This document shows positions 53,757-62,722 of a DNA stretch of 64,000 nt, piece by piece. This DNA is from an uncultured Oscillochloris sp. (GTDB lineage: Bacteria > Chloroflexota > Chloroflexia > Chloroflexales > Chloroflexaceae), in NCBI GenBank assembly GCA_964555675.1, contig CAZKTU010000006.1:993-64992 (forward strand), written 5' to 3'. The position numbers and the translations under genes were made by a program. The stretch's first letter is position 1, and the number at the start of each line of letters is the position of its first letter. The notes under the pieces were generated by a model, which saw only the letters and a list, made by a program, of their open reading frames with translations, was not told the origin of the DNA and searched no databases.

Positions 53757-54128
53757 ATGGGCCGGCACCCCGTTGCCGTGGCCCTGATGGGCCTGGCCCT
53801 GCTGATCGGGCTGGGCGTGGGCGGGCTCTGGCTGCTGCAGGAAGCCCGGGAAGCCTCGCGCACCTATGTGGTGCGGGTGGCGCCTGGGACGGCGGCGCGG
53901 ATCGCCGCTGGCGAGCCGGCGGAGCTCTTCCCTCAGCAGATTGAGCTGGCGCTAAGCCGCCATGATACCCTGGAGGTGCGCAACGACGATAGTGAGCCGA
54001 TGACCGTGGGGCCGTACAGGATCGCGCCGGGGCAACGTTTTGTGCAGCGCTTCGCAGGCCCCGGCACCTTTGACCTGATCTGTTCGCTTCACGGCGACCG
54101 GGGGCTGCGCATCGTCGTAACTCGCTGA
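53757..54128 (+). CDS. Membrane-anchored cupredoxin-like hypothetical protein
   Basis: GGGGGAGG RBS and an N-terminal TM helix. The segment LEVRNDDSEPMTVG...PGTFDLICSLHGDRGLRIVV resembles a cupredoxin C-terminal Cys-x2-His loop, but the ligand set is incomplete. Confidence 0.5.
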   Translation: MGRHPVAVALMGLALLIGLGVGGLWLLQEAREASRTYVVRVAPGTAARIAAGEPAELFPQQIELALSRHDTLEVRNDDSEPMTVGPYRIAPGQRFVQRFAGPGTFDLICSLHGDRGLRIVVTR

Positions 54129-54136
54129 TGTCGTCA

Positions 54137-54178
54137 CGGCCCCAGCCTCAGCCCGGTGTCGGGCGCGGGCTGGGGCCG
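54137..54178 (+). terminator. Long GC stem-loop after the copper operon
   Basis: CGGCCCCAGCC...GGCTGGGGCCG (11 bp) enclosing the inner hairpin GCCCGgtgtCGGGC. No U tract. Confidence 0.45.
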
Positions 54179-54188
54179 CTGTACAGCC

Positions 54189-54217
54189 TTGCAAAACCGT
54201 GAGGATGGCGCTACAAT
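54189..54217 (+). promoter_or_regulatory. Putative promoter of the rpoA copy
   Basis: TTGCAA (54189-54194), 17-nt spacer, TACAAT (54212-54217). Predicts a leader of about 100 nt. Confidence 0.55.
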
Positions 54218-54330
54218 ACAGCGGTGGCAACAATTGAGACACGTAGACCCGCTGTGGGCGACGCTTATGCGTACGCCCGCGTTGTCGTTATAGATCCAGA
54301 GCGAGCGGATTGATTACTAACGAGAGCACT

Positions 54331-55344
54331 ATGCAGAAGCCGGAACCCTTGATGGTCCAACCCCGCGTGACACTGGTCGCGGCGGGAATGAACTACGGCC
54401 GTTTTTCGATTGAGCCCCTCGAGCCGGGACACGGCAGCCCCCTCGGGAACGCCCTGCGGCGGGTGCTGTTCTCCTCGATCCCGGGCGCGGCCGTGACGCG
54501 GATTAAGCTCGGCGGGGTGATCCACGAGTTCTCAACCATCCCAGGCGTCCTCGAAGACGGCACCCAGCTGGTGCTGAATGTCAAGGGCATCCGCCTGCGC
54601 TCCTACTCTGAGCGGGCCGTCACGATGCAGCTGGTCAAGCGGGGCCCGGGCCCGGTCTTCGCCAGCGACATCGACGCGCCGAGCACGGTCGAGATCGTCA
54701 ACCCCGAGCACTACCTATGCACGCTGGACGACGACTCGGTGCTCGAGATGCAGCTCACGGCCGAGCGGGGGCGCGGCACGAGCCTGGCCGACAATAATAG
54801 CGGTCTGAACATTGGCGAGATCGCCGTCGACGCGCTGTTCAACCCGGTGCCGCAGGTGAACTTCCTGGTCGACACCCAGGAGAACGGCAGCGGCGAGCTG
54901 CACGACCGTCTCACCCTCGAGATCTGGACGGACGGCACGATCAAGCCCGGCGACGCGCTGGGCCACGCCGCCCAGGTGCTGACCCAGCACTTCGGCCGGA
55001 TCGCGATCTTCGACCAGCCCGAGCCGACCGCCGAGGTGGCCGCGCCGACCGGTCGGGCCATCCCCGCCGACGTCTACAACCGCACCATCGACGAGCTCGG
55101 CCTCAGCACGCGCACCTACAACAGCCTGCGGCGGGCCGATATTACAACGATCGGGCGCCTGCTCGAGCTCGACGACCGGGCGCTCCACGGGATCCGCAAC
55201 CTGGGCCCGAAGGGCGTGGAGGAGATCAGGCAGCGTCTTTCGGCCCTCGGCTACCTCGAGGGGGGCGATACAGCGAGCCTCGAGGGCGGCGACGACGCCC
55301 CGAACGAGATGCTGCCCGACAGCACCGAGCCGGCCCTCGCCTAG
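54331..55344 (+). CDS. rpoA: DNA-directed RNA polymerase alpha subunit (stand-alone copy)
   Basis: NTD motifs GRFSIEPLEPGHGSPLGNALRRVLFSSIPGAAV and LTLEIWTDGTI. CTD helix-hairpin-helix LGLSTRTYNSLRRADITTIGRLL...NLGPKGVEEI. The start is uncertain: ATG at 54331, TTG at 54310 or ATG at 54352. Confidence 0.85.
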   Translation: MQKPEPLMVQPRVTLVAAGMNYGRFSIEPLEPGHGSPLGNALRRVLFSSIPGAAVTRIKLGGVIHEFSTIPGVLEDGTQLVLNVKGIRLRSYSERAVTMQLVKRGPGPVFASDIDAPSTVEIVNPEHYLCTLDDDSVLEMQLTAERGRGTSLADNNSGLNIGEIAVDALFNPVPQVNFLVDTQENGSGELHDRLTLEIWTDGTIKPGDALGHAAQVLTQHFGRIAIFDQPEPTAEVAAPTGRAIPADVYNRTIDELGLSTRTYNSLRRADITTIGRLLELDDRALHGIRNLGPKGVEEIRQRLSALGYLEGGDTASLEGGDDAPNEMLPDSTEPALA

Positions 55345-55375
55345 CGAGCGCCACCACGCCGCGGTGCGATAGGAC

Positions 55376-55404
55376 CTGCGGGGAGGAACACGCCCTCCCC
55401 GCAG
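55376..55404 (+). terminator. GC stem-loop after rpoA (same stem sequence as the 7404 unit)
   Basis: CTGCGGGGAGG-aacacgc-CCTCCCCGCAG. It shares GCGGGGAGG/CCTCCCCG with the repeat at 7402-7423. Confidence 0.5.
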
Positions 55405-55520
55405 CCCCACCTGCCTGGCCCTCTTGCCACCCCCCCACAATGTCGTGGCACAGTTCTTGCGGAATCGGCCCTATCCCAGGCCGGACCCCTCCCGCAAGAG
55501 ACCTACTTCTACCTCACGTA
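55401..55520 (+). promoter_or_regulatory. C-rich, G-poor leader (rut-like) upstream of rho
   Basis: 55401-55445 has 24 C against about 8 G in 45 nt (GCAGCCCCACCTGCCTGGCCCTCTTGCCACCCCCCCACAATG). A second C-rich stretch lies at 55471-55520. Confidence 0.4.
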
Positions 55521-55558
55521 GACTTGATACCCAATCGCTGAAGGAGTTCGTGTAACTT

Positions 55559-56776
55559 ATGGCACGTTCAACAAAGAAGAGCGCCGCGGCAGATGGGGCC
55601 GCGACGCAAAACGGGGTAGCGCCTGCGGCGCCCGCGCTCGATGGAGCGAACACCCCGGATAATGTGGCAACAGCCGTCGGCAGCGGCGTGCTCGAGATCG
55701 GCTCAGAGGGCTTCGGCTTTCTGCGTGGGCCGCGCCTGCTGCCCGGCCCCGACGATGTTTATGTGGCGCAGTCGCAGATCCGGCGCTTTGGCCTGCGCAC
55801 CGGCGATACGATCGCCGGCCGGGTCCGCCCGCCCCGCGAGGGCGAGCGCTACCCCTCGCTGCTCTGGGTGGAGCATGTCAACGATGTGCCCACCGAGGAG
55901 GCGCAGAAGCGCCCCATCTTCGAGCGCCTGACGCCGGTCCACCCCTACGAGCAGATCCTCCTGGCGACCGAGCCGAACATTCTGCCCACCCGCCTGATTG
56001 ACATGATCGCCCCGGTCGGGCGCGGCCAGCGCGGCCTGATCGTCGCCCCGCCCAAGGCCGGCAAGACCATGCTGCTCAAGGCGATCGCGAACGGGGTGAC
56101 TTCGAACGCCCCCGACTCTCACCTGATCGTCCTGCTGGTCGGCGAGCGACCCGAGGAGGTCACCGACATGCGCCGCTCGGTCAAAGGCGAGGTGATCGCC
56201 GCGACCTTCGACGAGCCGGTCGAGGACCATATCAAGGTGGCCGAGCTGACCCTCGAGCGGGCCCGCCGCCAGGTCGAGCACGGGCGCCACGTGGTCATCT
56301 TGATGGACTCGATTACGCGCCTGGCCCGCGCCTATAACGTGGCCATGCCCTCGAGCGGTCGCACGCTCTCGGGCGGCATGGACCCGGCCGCCCTCTACCC
56401 GCCCAAGCGCTTCTTTGGCTCGGCCCGGGCCATCGAGGAGGGCGGCTCGCTGACGATCATCGCCACCTGTCTGGTCGACACCGGCAGCAAGATGGACGAT
56501 GTGATCTTCGAGGAGTTCAAGGGCACCGGCAACATGGAGCTGAATCTCGACCGCAAGCTGGCCGAGAAGCGCATCTTCCCGGCGGTGGACATCAACCGCT
56601 CGAGCACACGGCGCGAGGAGCTGCTGCTCGACGCGACCACCCTGCGCCAGACCTACGCGCTGCGGCGCATGGTCAGCATGGTCGGCGACAACGACGGCAC
56701 CGAGCTGATGCTTGCGCGCATGGCCAAGGCGAAGACGAACGCCGAGTTCCTGAGCACCCTCGGGAAGAACTCGTAG
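55559..56776 (+). CDS. rho: Transcription termination factor Rho
   Basis: [26 protein letters not shown], Walker [13 protein letters not shown], and the [12 protein letters not shown] and [12 protein letters not shown] motifs. Confidence 0.95.
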   Translation: MARSTKKSAAADGAATQNGVAPAAPALDGANTPDNVATAVGSGVLEIGSEGFGFLRGPRLLPGPDDVYVAQSQIRRFGLRTGDTIAGRVRPPREGERYPSLLWVEHVNDVPTEEAQKRPIFERLTPVHPYEQILLATEPNILPTRLIDMIAPVGRGQRGLIVAPPKAGKTMLLKAIANGVTSNAPDSHLIVLLVGERPEEVTDMRRSVKGEVIAATFDEPVEDHIKVAELTLERARRQVEHGRHVVILMDSITRLARAYNVAMPSSGRTLSGGMDPAALYPPKRFFGSARAIEEGGSLTIIATCLVDTGSKMDDVIFEEFKGTGNMELNLDRKLAEKRIFPAVDINRSSTRREELLLDATTLRQTYALRRMVSMVGDNDGTELMLARMAKAKTNAEFLSTLGKNS

Positions 56777-56849
56777 GGACCTGCGGGCGAGCGCGCGGGC
56801 TCGGGTATAATCGTGCAGCTTTCCCGCGACTTGAGAGAGATCGACCGAG

Positions 56850-57947
56850 ATGAGAGCTGGTCTGTCCGGGGCGTGGGGTGGGCAGGGGCGAGCGCTGGTC
56901 GCCCTCTGCGCGCTCTACGCCCTGTTTTGCGCCGGGTGCGCCACCGTCCCCGCCAGCGCCCGCCCGGGCGACGCGCCCACCCCTACACAGGCTCAGGCCT
57001 CTGCCGAAGCAACCCCGGCGGCGATGGCGCCGAGCCCGACCGCCGAACCCGTCGCAACGGCGACGCCTCAGGCGCCGACCGCAGCCCCCGAGGCGCCCCC
57101 GCGGGTGGGCATCCAGATCGGCCACTGGAAGATCGAGGAGCACGCCGACGAGATGGCCCGACTGCGCAAGTTCTCGGGCGCGTACTACGGCGGCTACGAC
57201 GAGTGGGAAGTGAATATGCTGATCGGCGAGGCCGTGCGCGCGCAGCTCGAGGCGGCCGGGGTGACGGTTGACCTGTTGCCGTCGCGCATCCCCATGGGCT
57301 ACGTGGCGGACGCCTTCATCAGCATCCATATCGACGGGGTCACCGGCGAAGAGGCGGCGACGCGGCGGGGCTGGAAGGTGGCGACGCCCTTTCGGGCCTC
57401 GCAGGCCTCGCGGGGGCTGGCGGCGGCGATCGAGGGGGCCTACCCCGCCGTGACGGGGCTGCCCCTGGACGCCGAGGAGGCCTCGTTCAATCTGCGGGCC
57501 TACTACGCCTTCGCCTCCTATCGCTACTGGCACAGCATCGCGCCGACGACCCCGGCGGCGATCATCGAGTGCGCCTTCATGACCCACCCGGCCGACCGGG
57601 AGCTGATCTTCGAGCGGCCCGAGGTGCTCGCCGAGGGGATCGCGCGGGGCGTGCTGAACTATCTGGAGGCATACTACCCGCTGAGCGCCGAGGAGCGCGC
57701 CCCCGTGGGCCGAGGTCTGTTGCGGCCCGTAGCGGCGGACCTGCCCCTGCGCGAGCGGCCGAGCGAAGAGGGCGAGGCCCAGCGCCTGCTGGACGCCGAC
57801 GAGCGGCTGGCGCCGATGCTCGAGGAGGACGACTGGCTGCTGGTCTTCGCCGTCGGGGGCGACTGGGACCTAGGCTGGGTCAAGGCGAGCGAGGTCGCCG
57901 AGACGGGTGAGGAGCTGGCGCCCCCACATCCGAGGCCCACCGAGTAG
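56850..57947 (+). CDS. N-acetylmuramoyl-L-alanine amidase (Amidase_3) with C-terminal SH3-like region
   Basis: Signal/lipobox LFCAGC. Catalytic region VGIQIGHW...EWEVN...DAFISIHIDG. C-terminal DDWLLVFAVGGDWDLGWVKASEV. Confidence 0.85.
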   Translation: MRAGLSGAWGGQGRALVALCALYALFCAGCATVPASARPGDAPTPTQAQASAEATPAAMAPSPTAEPVATATPQAPTAAPEAPPRVGIQIGHWKIEEHADEMARLRKFSGAYYGGYDEWEVNMLIGEAVRAQLEAAGVTVDLLPSRIPMGYVADAFISIHIDGVTGEEAATRRGWKVATPFRASQASRGLAAAIEGAYPAVTGLPLDAEEASFNLRAYYAFASYRYWHSIAPTTPAAIIECAFMTHPADRELIFERPEVLAEGIARGVLNYLEAYYPLSAEERAPVGRGLLRPVAADLPLRERPSEEGEAQRLLDADERLAPMLEEDDWLLVFAVGGDWDLGWVKASEVAETGEELAPPHPRPTE

Positions 57948-57950
57948 AGG

Positions 57951-59372
57951 CTAGAAAATGATCTGGTCGGCGTTGACCTGCTCGAGGCCGGCCCAGGGGC
58001 TGCGCACCTCGCCGCTGCTGACGCGGCGCCCGAGGCGCAGGGCGAGCAGCAGGACAGTGGCGAGCACCAGGAGGGTGAGGGAGGCGGCGTAGACCGCGGT
58101 GTAGCCGAGGGCGACATCGCCGGTGCGCTGCTGCACGAGGTCGCGGGTGAGCCCGCCGCCGATGGTGCTGAGGCCCTGGGCGAGGGCCTGGGTGATGCCC
58201 CACAGGCCGATGAAGAGGCCGGCGTGGTTGCGGTCGACCAGGCTCATTACCAGGGCCAGGGCGCCGACGATAAAGAGGCCGCGACCGGCGCCGATCATCG
58301 TGACACCCCACTGGAAGGGCGCAACCAGGGTGACATCGCTCGCGAGGGTGACGGCGAGAAAGCCGGCCACGCCGAGGAGGCAGCCCGCGCTGATCAGCAG
58401 CACCGCCGAGCGCCCACGCCAGAGGAGGATGGCGGCCAGGGCGATGCCGACGAGCATGCCGACGCCCCAGAGGGCGGTGAGCCTGGTGGTTTCGGTAATG
58501 CTCATGCCGAGGACCTGACCGCCGTACGGCTCGAGCAGGACATCGTGGGTGGCGAAGCCGAGGGTGGCCAGGAAGAGCACGCCGAAGAGGTTGCGCAGGG
58601 GGGCCTGGGCGGCGAGCAGCCGGATCTGCTGGCCCAGAGTCTCGCGCACGGTGATCGGCTCGGCCACATCCTCGAGGTCGCCGTTGGGCTTCAGACGCTC
58701 CTGGCCGTACATGGCCACGAAGGTCAGGGCGATGAAGATCACGGCCGAGCCCTGCATAACCTGGATGAGGCGGAGGTGGCTGTAGCGCAGCAGCAGCTGG
58801 CCCATAACGATCGAGCTGACGATGGTGCCGAGGACGAGCATGATCCAGAGGACGCCGAGGACGCGGCCGCGCTCGCGGGCGGGGGTGATGTCGCTGACGG
58901 TGGCGAGGTAGATCGTCTCGACGATATTCACGCCGACGCCATAGGCCAAAAAGATCAGACTGCAGATCAGCATAGCGAGGGGGAAGCCAAGGGCCCCGTC
59001 GCCGCTGAGCAGGATGAGCGAGAAGGGGGCGGTCGCCAGGCCGCCGTAGGTGAGCATAGCGCCAAGGACGAGGTAGGGGGTGCGCCAGTTGCCGGCGGCG
59101 CGGGCCACGTCCGAGCGGAAGCCGATCAGGGCGCGGGCGGGCGAGACGAAGTAGTGGAGGGCGATCAAGAAGCCGACGGCCACGGCCGGGATGCGCAGCT
59201 CGTCGATAAGGACGCGGTTGAGGGTGCCGGTGATTGGGGCGAGCGAGACGCCCATGCCGAACTGAAACAGCCCGAGGCGCAGCACACGCAGCCAGCGGCT
59301 AGCATCGGGGTGGCTGTTGAGCCAGCGGCGCGCCCCGCGCAGCGGCCCTTTGATGGCGTTCCCGGCGGCCAT
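57951..59372 (-). CDS. MFS transporter of the BCD/PucC (LhaA) family
   Basis: [33 protein letters not shown] is characteristic of PucC/LhaA-type proteins. About 12 TM helices. AAGGAG RBS. Confidence 0.85.
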   Translation of the reverse strand: MAAGNAIKGPLRGARRWLNSHPDASRWLRVLRLGLFQFGMGVSLAPITGTLNRVLIDELRIPAVAVGFLIALHYFVSPARALIGFRSDVARAAGNWRTPYLVLGAMLTYGGLATAPFSLILLSGDGALGFPLAMLICSLIFLAYGVGVNIVETIYLATVSDITPARERGRVLGVLWIMLVLGTIVSSIVMGQLLLRYSHLRLIQVMQGSAVIFIALTFVAMYGQERLKPNGDLEDVAEPITVRETLGQQIRLLAAQAPLRNLFGVLFLATLGFATHDVLLEPYGGQVLGMSITETTRLTALWGVGMLVGIALAAILLWRGRSAVLLISAGCLLGVAGFLAVTLASDVTLVAPFQWGVTMIGAGRGLFIVGALALVMSLVDRNHAGLFIGLWGITQALAQGLSTIGGGLTRDLVQQRTGDVALGYTAVYAASLTLLVLATVLLLALRLGRRVSSGEVRSPWAGLEQVNADQIIF

Positions 59373-59515
59373 GGACTCTCCTTAAGTCGGGGTGCTCGCG
59401 TGGCATATTATACCATGGCGGTTCAATCCCTTCTCATAAGAAGCAAAGGGGCCGGGCCGACCGTGCGTGTGGTATGATTGGCCGGAAGCCAGCTGAGCTA
59501 GAACCCAAAACACCT

Positions 59516-60301
59516 ATGAGCCGTATCGCCGAGACATTTGCGCGCCTGCGGGCCGAGGGCCGGGTGGCCCTAATGCCCTACCTGACCGTCGGCTTCCCCG
59601 AGCGTGACAGCGCCCTGGAGCTCGTGCCGGCCATGGAGGCCGCGGGGGCCAGCCTGTTCGAGCTGGGCGTGCCATTCTCAGACCCGCTGGCCGACGGGGC
59701 CACGATCCAGCGCTCGGCCCAGCGCGCCCTCGAGAACGGGGTGACCCTGGCCGACTGTATCGGCACGGCGGCCCGCCTGCGCGAGCGGGGCGTGGCGGCG
59801 CCGCTACTGCTGATGGGTTACTACAACCCCCTGTTGCGCTACGGCGTCGAGCGGGCCTGCGCCGAACTGGCGGCCGCAGGCGGCGACGGCTGGATCGTGC
59901 CCGACATGCCCCCCGAGGAGGCGGGCGAGCTACGGCGAGCGGCGGCGGCCCACGGCCTCGATCTGATTATGTTTGTTGCGCCGACGACGCCCGAAGAGCG
60001 GATCGCCACGATTGCGGGCCAGGCCAGCGGCTTCATCTATGTGGTCTCGCTGACGGGCGTGACAGGGGCCCGGCAGAACATGGCGGCCAACCTGGGCGAG
60101 GTGCTGGCGCGGGTGCGACGCCACAGCGACCTGCCCCTGGTGGTCGGTTTCGGCATCAGCAAGCCCGAGCACGTGGCCGATGTCGCGCGCCTGGCTGATG
60201 GGGCGATCGTCGGCAGCGCCCTGATCGCCCACCTCGAGGGTCTGGACGCGGCCGGCGCGGCAGAGGGCGCGGCGGCCTTTGTGCGCGGCCTGCTGCCGTA
60301 G
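59516..60301 (+). CDS. trpA: Tryptophan synthase alpha chain
   Basis: [45 protein letters not shown] and GFGISKPEH motifs. No trpB is adjacent. Confidence 0.93.
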   Translation: MSRIAETFARLRAEGRVALMPYLTVGFPERDSALELVPAMEAAGASLFELGVPFSDPLADGATIQRSAQRALENGVTLADCIGTAARLRERGVAAPLLLMGYYNPLLRYGVERACAELAAAGGDGWIVPDMPPEEAGELRRAAAAHGLDLIMFVAPTTPEERIATIAGQASGFIYVVSLTGVTGARQNMAANLGEVLARVRRHSDLPLVVGFGISKPEHVADVARLADGAIVGSALIAHLEGLDAAGAAEGAAAFVRGLLP

Positions 60302-60395
60302 GCCTTGACGCCTGAGATGACTGCGGGGCCAACACAGACAGCATCCGGCCAGGTGGCCAGTGGATTCGCCGAGGCTACTCGATGGGGAGGACCAC

Positions 60396-60629
60396 ATGGA
60401 GGCGAAAGCGTACGTGCTGATCGAGGCTGAGTCGGGGCGGGTCGCGGAGGTGCTGGCGGCCCTGCGGGCCATCCCCGGCATGAGCGCGGCCGACGCGGTG
60501 ACGGGACCATACGACATCATCGCGACGGTGCAGACGCCGGACCCGCGCAATATCGGGCGGCTGGTGATGAACGAGATCCAGGGCGTCGAGGGGATCAAGC
60601 GCACGGTGACCTGCATTGTGATCGGGTAG
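60396..60629 (+). CDS. Stand-alone Lrp/AsnC-type ligand-binding (RAM-like) domain protein
   Basis: 77 aa starting MEAKAYVLIEAESG, with ...VTGPYDIIATV... and ...IQGVEGIKRTVTCIVI. GGGGAGG lies 5 nt upstream. Confidence 0.7.
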   Translation: MEAKAYVLIEAESGRVAEVLAALRAIPGMSAADAVTGPYDIIATVQTPDPRNIGRLVMNEIQGVEGIKRTVTCIVIG

Positions 60630-60725
60630 AGGCCCGGGGGCGGGGCGCTCGCGCTGCGCGCGGCGCGAGCAGTGACCGGCTGCAGCGAAGCGACAGCACC
60701 GCCGCGAACAGAGTGAGCGCACCCC

Positions 60726-62156
60726 ATGTCCCTGACCGTCCGCCTGGCCCTGACCTACCTGCTGATCACGCTGGCCGGCCTGCTGCTCGTGGGCGGGGGC
60801 GTGGTCTTGCTGGCGGGGCGCTATCTGGCAGACGAGCGCGAGCGCGAGCTGGGCGCCCAGACCGCGATCTACGCGGCGCTGCTGGGCGAGCTATCGGCGA
60901 CGCCGGCGCAGCTACAGGCCCTGGCCCAAAGCCCTGTGGGGGGCGAGCTGCTGCCCGCGGGCACGGCAGCCCGGATCTTCTCGGCGGCGGGGGCGCTGAT
61001 CGCCGGCGACCCGGCCCTGGGGCCGTTCCCCAGCCGGGCGGCCCTGGCTCTGGTGCGCCCGGCCTTCCCGCTGCCGGCCTCGCAGGTGGCCGGCCGGCAG
61101 TACGCGGCTCGCCCGATCGAGGGCGCGGACGGGCCGATCGGGGTGGTCGAGCTGTCGCGCGACACGGCCGACGATGTCGCGCTGCTGAAGGCGATCGGGG
61201 GGCTGGCCCTGCAGGCGGCCCTGGCGGCGGCCCTGCTGATGGCGGCGTTCAGCGCGCTGCTGGCCCGCGGGATCGCCCGACCGATCGTGCGGCTCACGCG
61301 GCAGGCCGGGCAGCTTGCGGCGGCCTACACGCCGCCCGAGCTGAGCCACGATCCACCGGCCGGCGCAGCGGCGCCCCCGCCCGGCGGGCCGCTGCGCATC
61401 CTGGCCGGAGCGGACGAGATCGACGCCCTGGAGCGCAGCCTCGGCCGGCTCGACCAGGGGATGCGGGCGTACGTGGCGCGGATCGGCGAGCTCGAGCAGG
61501 CGCGGGCGAGTTTCTACCGGGGCGTCTCGCACGAGCTACGCACGCCTCTGACGGCGATCAGGGGCGCCCTCGAGAATATGGCCGACCAGGCGCCGGCCGA
61601 GCAGCGGGCGGCCCTGGGGGCGCTCGAGGGTGAGGCGGCGAGGCTGAGCCGACTGGTGGATGAGCTGCTGCGCCCGCCGGACGATGGCCGGGTGGTGCTG
61701 CTGGCGCGCGCCCCGGTCGATCTGGCGACCTTGGCCGCCGAGGTGGTCGCGCTGCTGGGGGGGCGAGCGCGCCGCGCCGGGGTGGCGCTGAGCTCGACCG
61801 GCGCGGCGCGGGCGGTGGGCGACCGCGATCGGCTGAAGCAGGCGCTGATCAACCTGGTGGATAATGGGCTGCGGGTGACCCCGCCTGGCGGCGAGGTGGT
61901 GGTGCAGGTCGAGGCGGCGGGCCCGCTGGCGCGCCTAGCCGTGGCCGACAGGGGGCCGGGAGTGGCGCCCGAGCTGCGCGAGCGGATCTGGCTGCGGGGC
62001 GAGCGAGGCGGCGACCCGGCCTCTGATGGGAGCGCGGGGCTCGGGCTGGCGATCGTGCGCGAGATCGCCCTGGCTCACGGCGGGCGGGCCTACCTTGATG
62101 AAAGCTGGGGCCCGGGGGCGCGCTTCGTGGTCGAGCTTCCGGGGTCACATGATTGA
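60726..62156 (+). CDS. Sensor histidine kinase (2 TM + HAMP + HisKA + HATPase_c)
   Basis: H-box FYRGVSHELRTPLTAIRG, N-box LINLVDNGLR, G-boxes DRGPGV and GLGLAIV. No cognate regulator is adjacent. Confidence 0.9.
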   Translation: MSLTVRLALTYLLITLAGLLLVGGGVVLLAGRYLADERERELGAQTAIYAALLGELSATPAQLQALAQSPVGGELLPAGTAARIFSAAGALIAGDPALGPFPSRAALALVRPAFPLPASQVAGRQYAARPIEGADGPIGVVELSRDTADDVALLKAIGGLALQAALAAALLMAAFSALLARGIARPIVRLTRQAGQLAAAYTPPELSHDPPAGAAAPPPGGPLRILAGADEIDALERSLGRLDQGMRAYVARIGELEQARASFYRGVSHELRTPLTAIRGALENMADQAPAEQRAALGALEGEAARLSRLVDELLRPPDDGRVVLLARAPVDLATLAAEVVALLGGRARRAGVALSSTGAARAVGDRDRLKQALINLVDNGLRVTPPGGEVVVQVEAAGPLARLAVADRGPGVAPELRERIWLRGERGGDPASDGSAGLGLAIVREIALAHGGRAYLDESWGPGARFVVELPGSHD

Positions 62157-62168
62157 GAGGTGTGGGTA

Positions 62169-62441
62169 ATGGAGGCGACAAGGCGGCGGCGGGTGCGCTG
62201 GGCGGTGCGCGGGGCCCTGGTGCTCGCGGCCCTGGCGATTCTGCTCGGCGGGATGTTCAATGTGCTGATCGCCCTGTTCCAGGGCGAGCCGCCGGCGGGG
62301 GCGGGCTTCGGGTACTGGTCGGTCTTTCTGCTGCGCTCCTCGTTGGCCTGGGGTGGGGGGGGGCTCTTCTTCGGCGCGCTGCTCGGCATCTTTGCCTCGA
62401 TGATCTGGCGCGACGACAGTCATGGGGCTGATTTGACTTAA
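62169..62441 (+). CDS. Small hypothetical membrane protein
   Basis: 90 aa from MEATRRRR (GAGAGG 9 nt upstream) with two hydrophobic helices. It directly follows the kinase gene. No family assignment. Confidence 0.4.
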   Translation: MEATRRRRVRWAVRGALVLAALAILLGGMFNVLIALFQGEPPAGAGFGYWSVFLLRSSLAWGGGGLFFGALLGIFASMIWRDDSHGADLT

Positions 62442-62474
62442 CGACCCGGCCGCGCTATAATCAACGCCGTTGCA

Positions 62475-62551
<77 letters not shown>

Positions 62552-62557
62552 GCAAGC

Positions 62558-62596
62558 ACAGGCGCGGCACTCTACATTCGTAGGTGTCGCGCCTGT
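62558..62596 (+). terminator. Stem-loop after tRNA-Pro
   Basis: ACAGGCGCG...CGCGCCTGT (9 bp, 21-nt loop) followed by TGATT. Confidence 0.45.
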
Positions 62597-62692
62597 TGAT
62601 TCAGGCGGTAATAGCCTCGTCATGCGGTGCAACTACACTTGCCGCGAGAAACTTCACCACTCTTTGCCGGATCTCGATACTGGGCTGTATGG

Positions 62693-62722
62693 TTGCGACG
62701 GGTCAGCCTCCCGTGCTACAAT
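62693..62722 (+). promoter_or_regulatory. Possible promoter with extended -10 upstream of the TPR gene
   Basis: TTGCGA (62693-62698), 18-nt spacer ending in TGc, TACAAT (62717-62722). Would give a leader of about 200 nt. Confidence 0.35.

Noticed and set aside
56806-56811. TATAAT hexamer upstream of the amidase gene.
   Set aside because: There is no matching -35 or TG extension, so the evidence is too weak to call a promoter.
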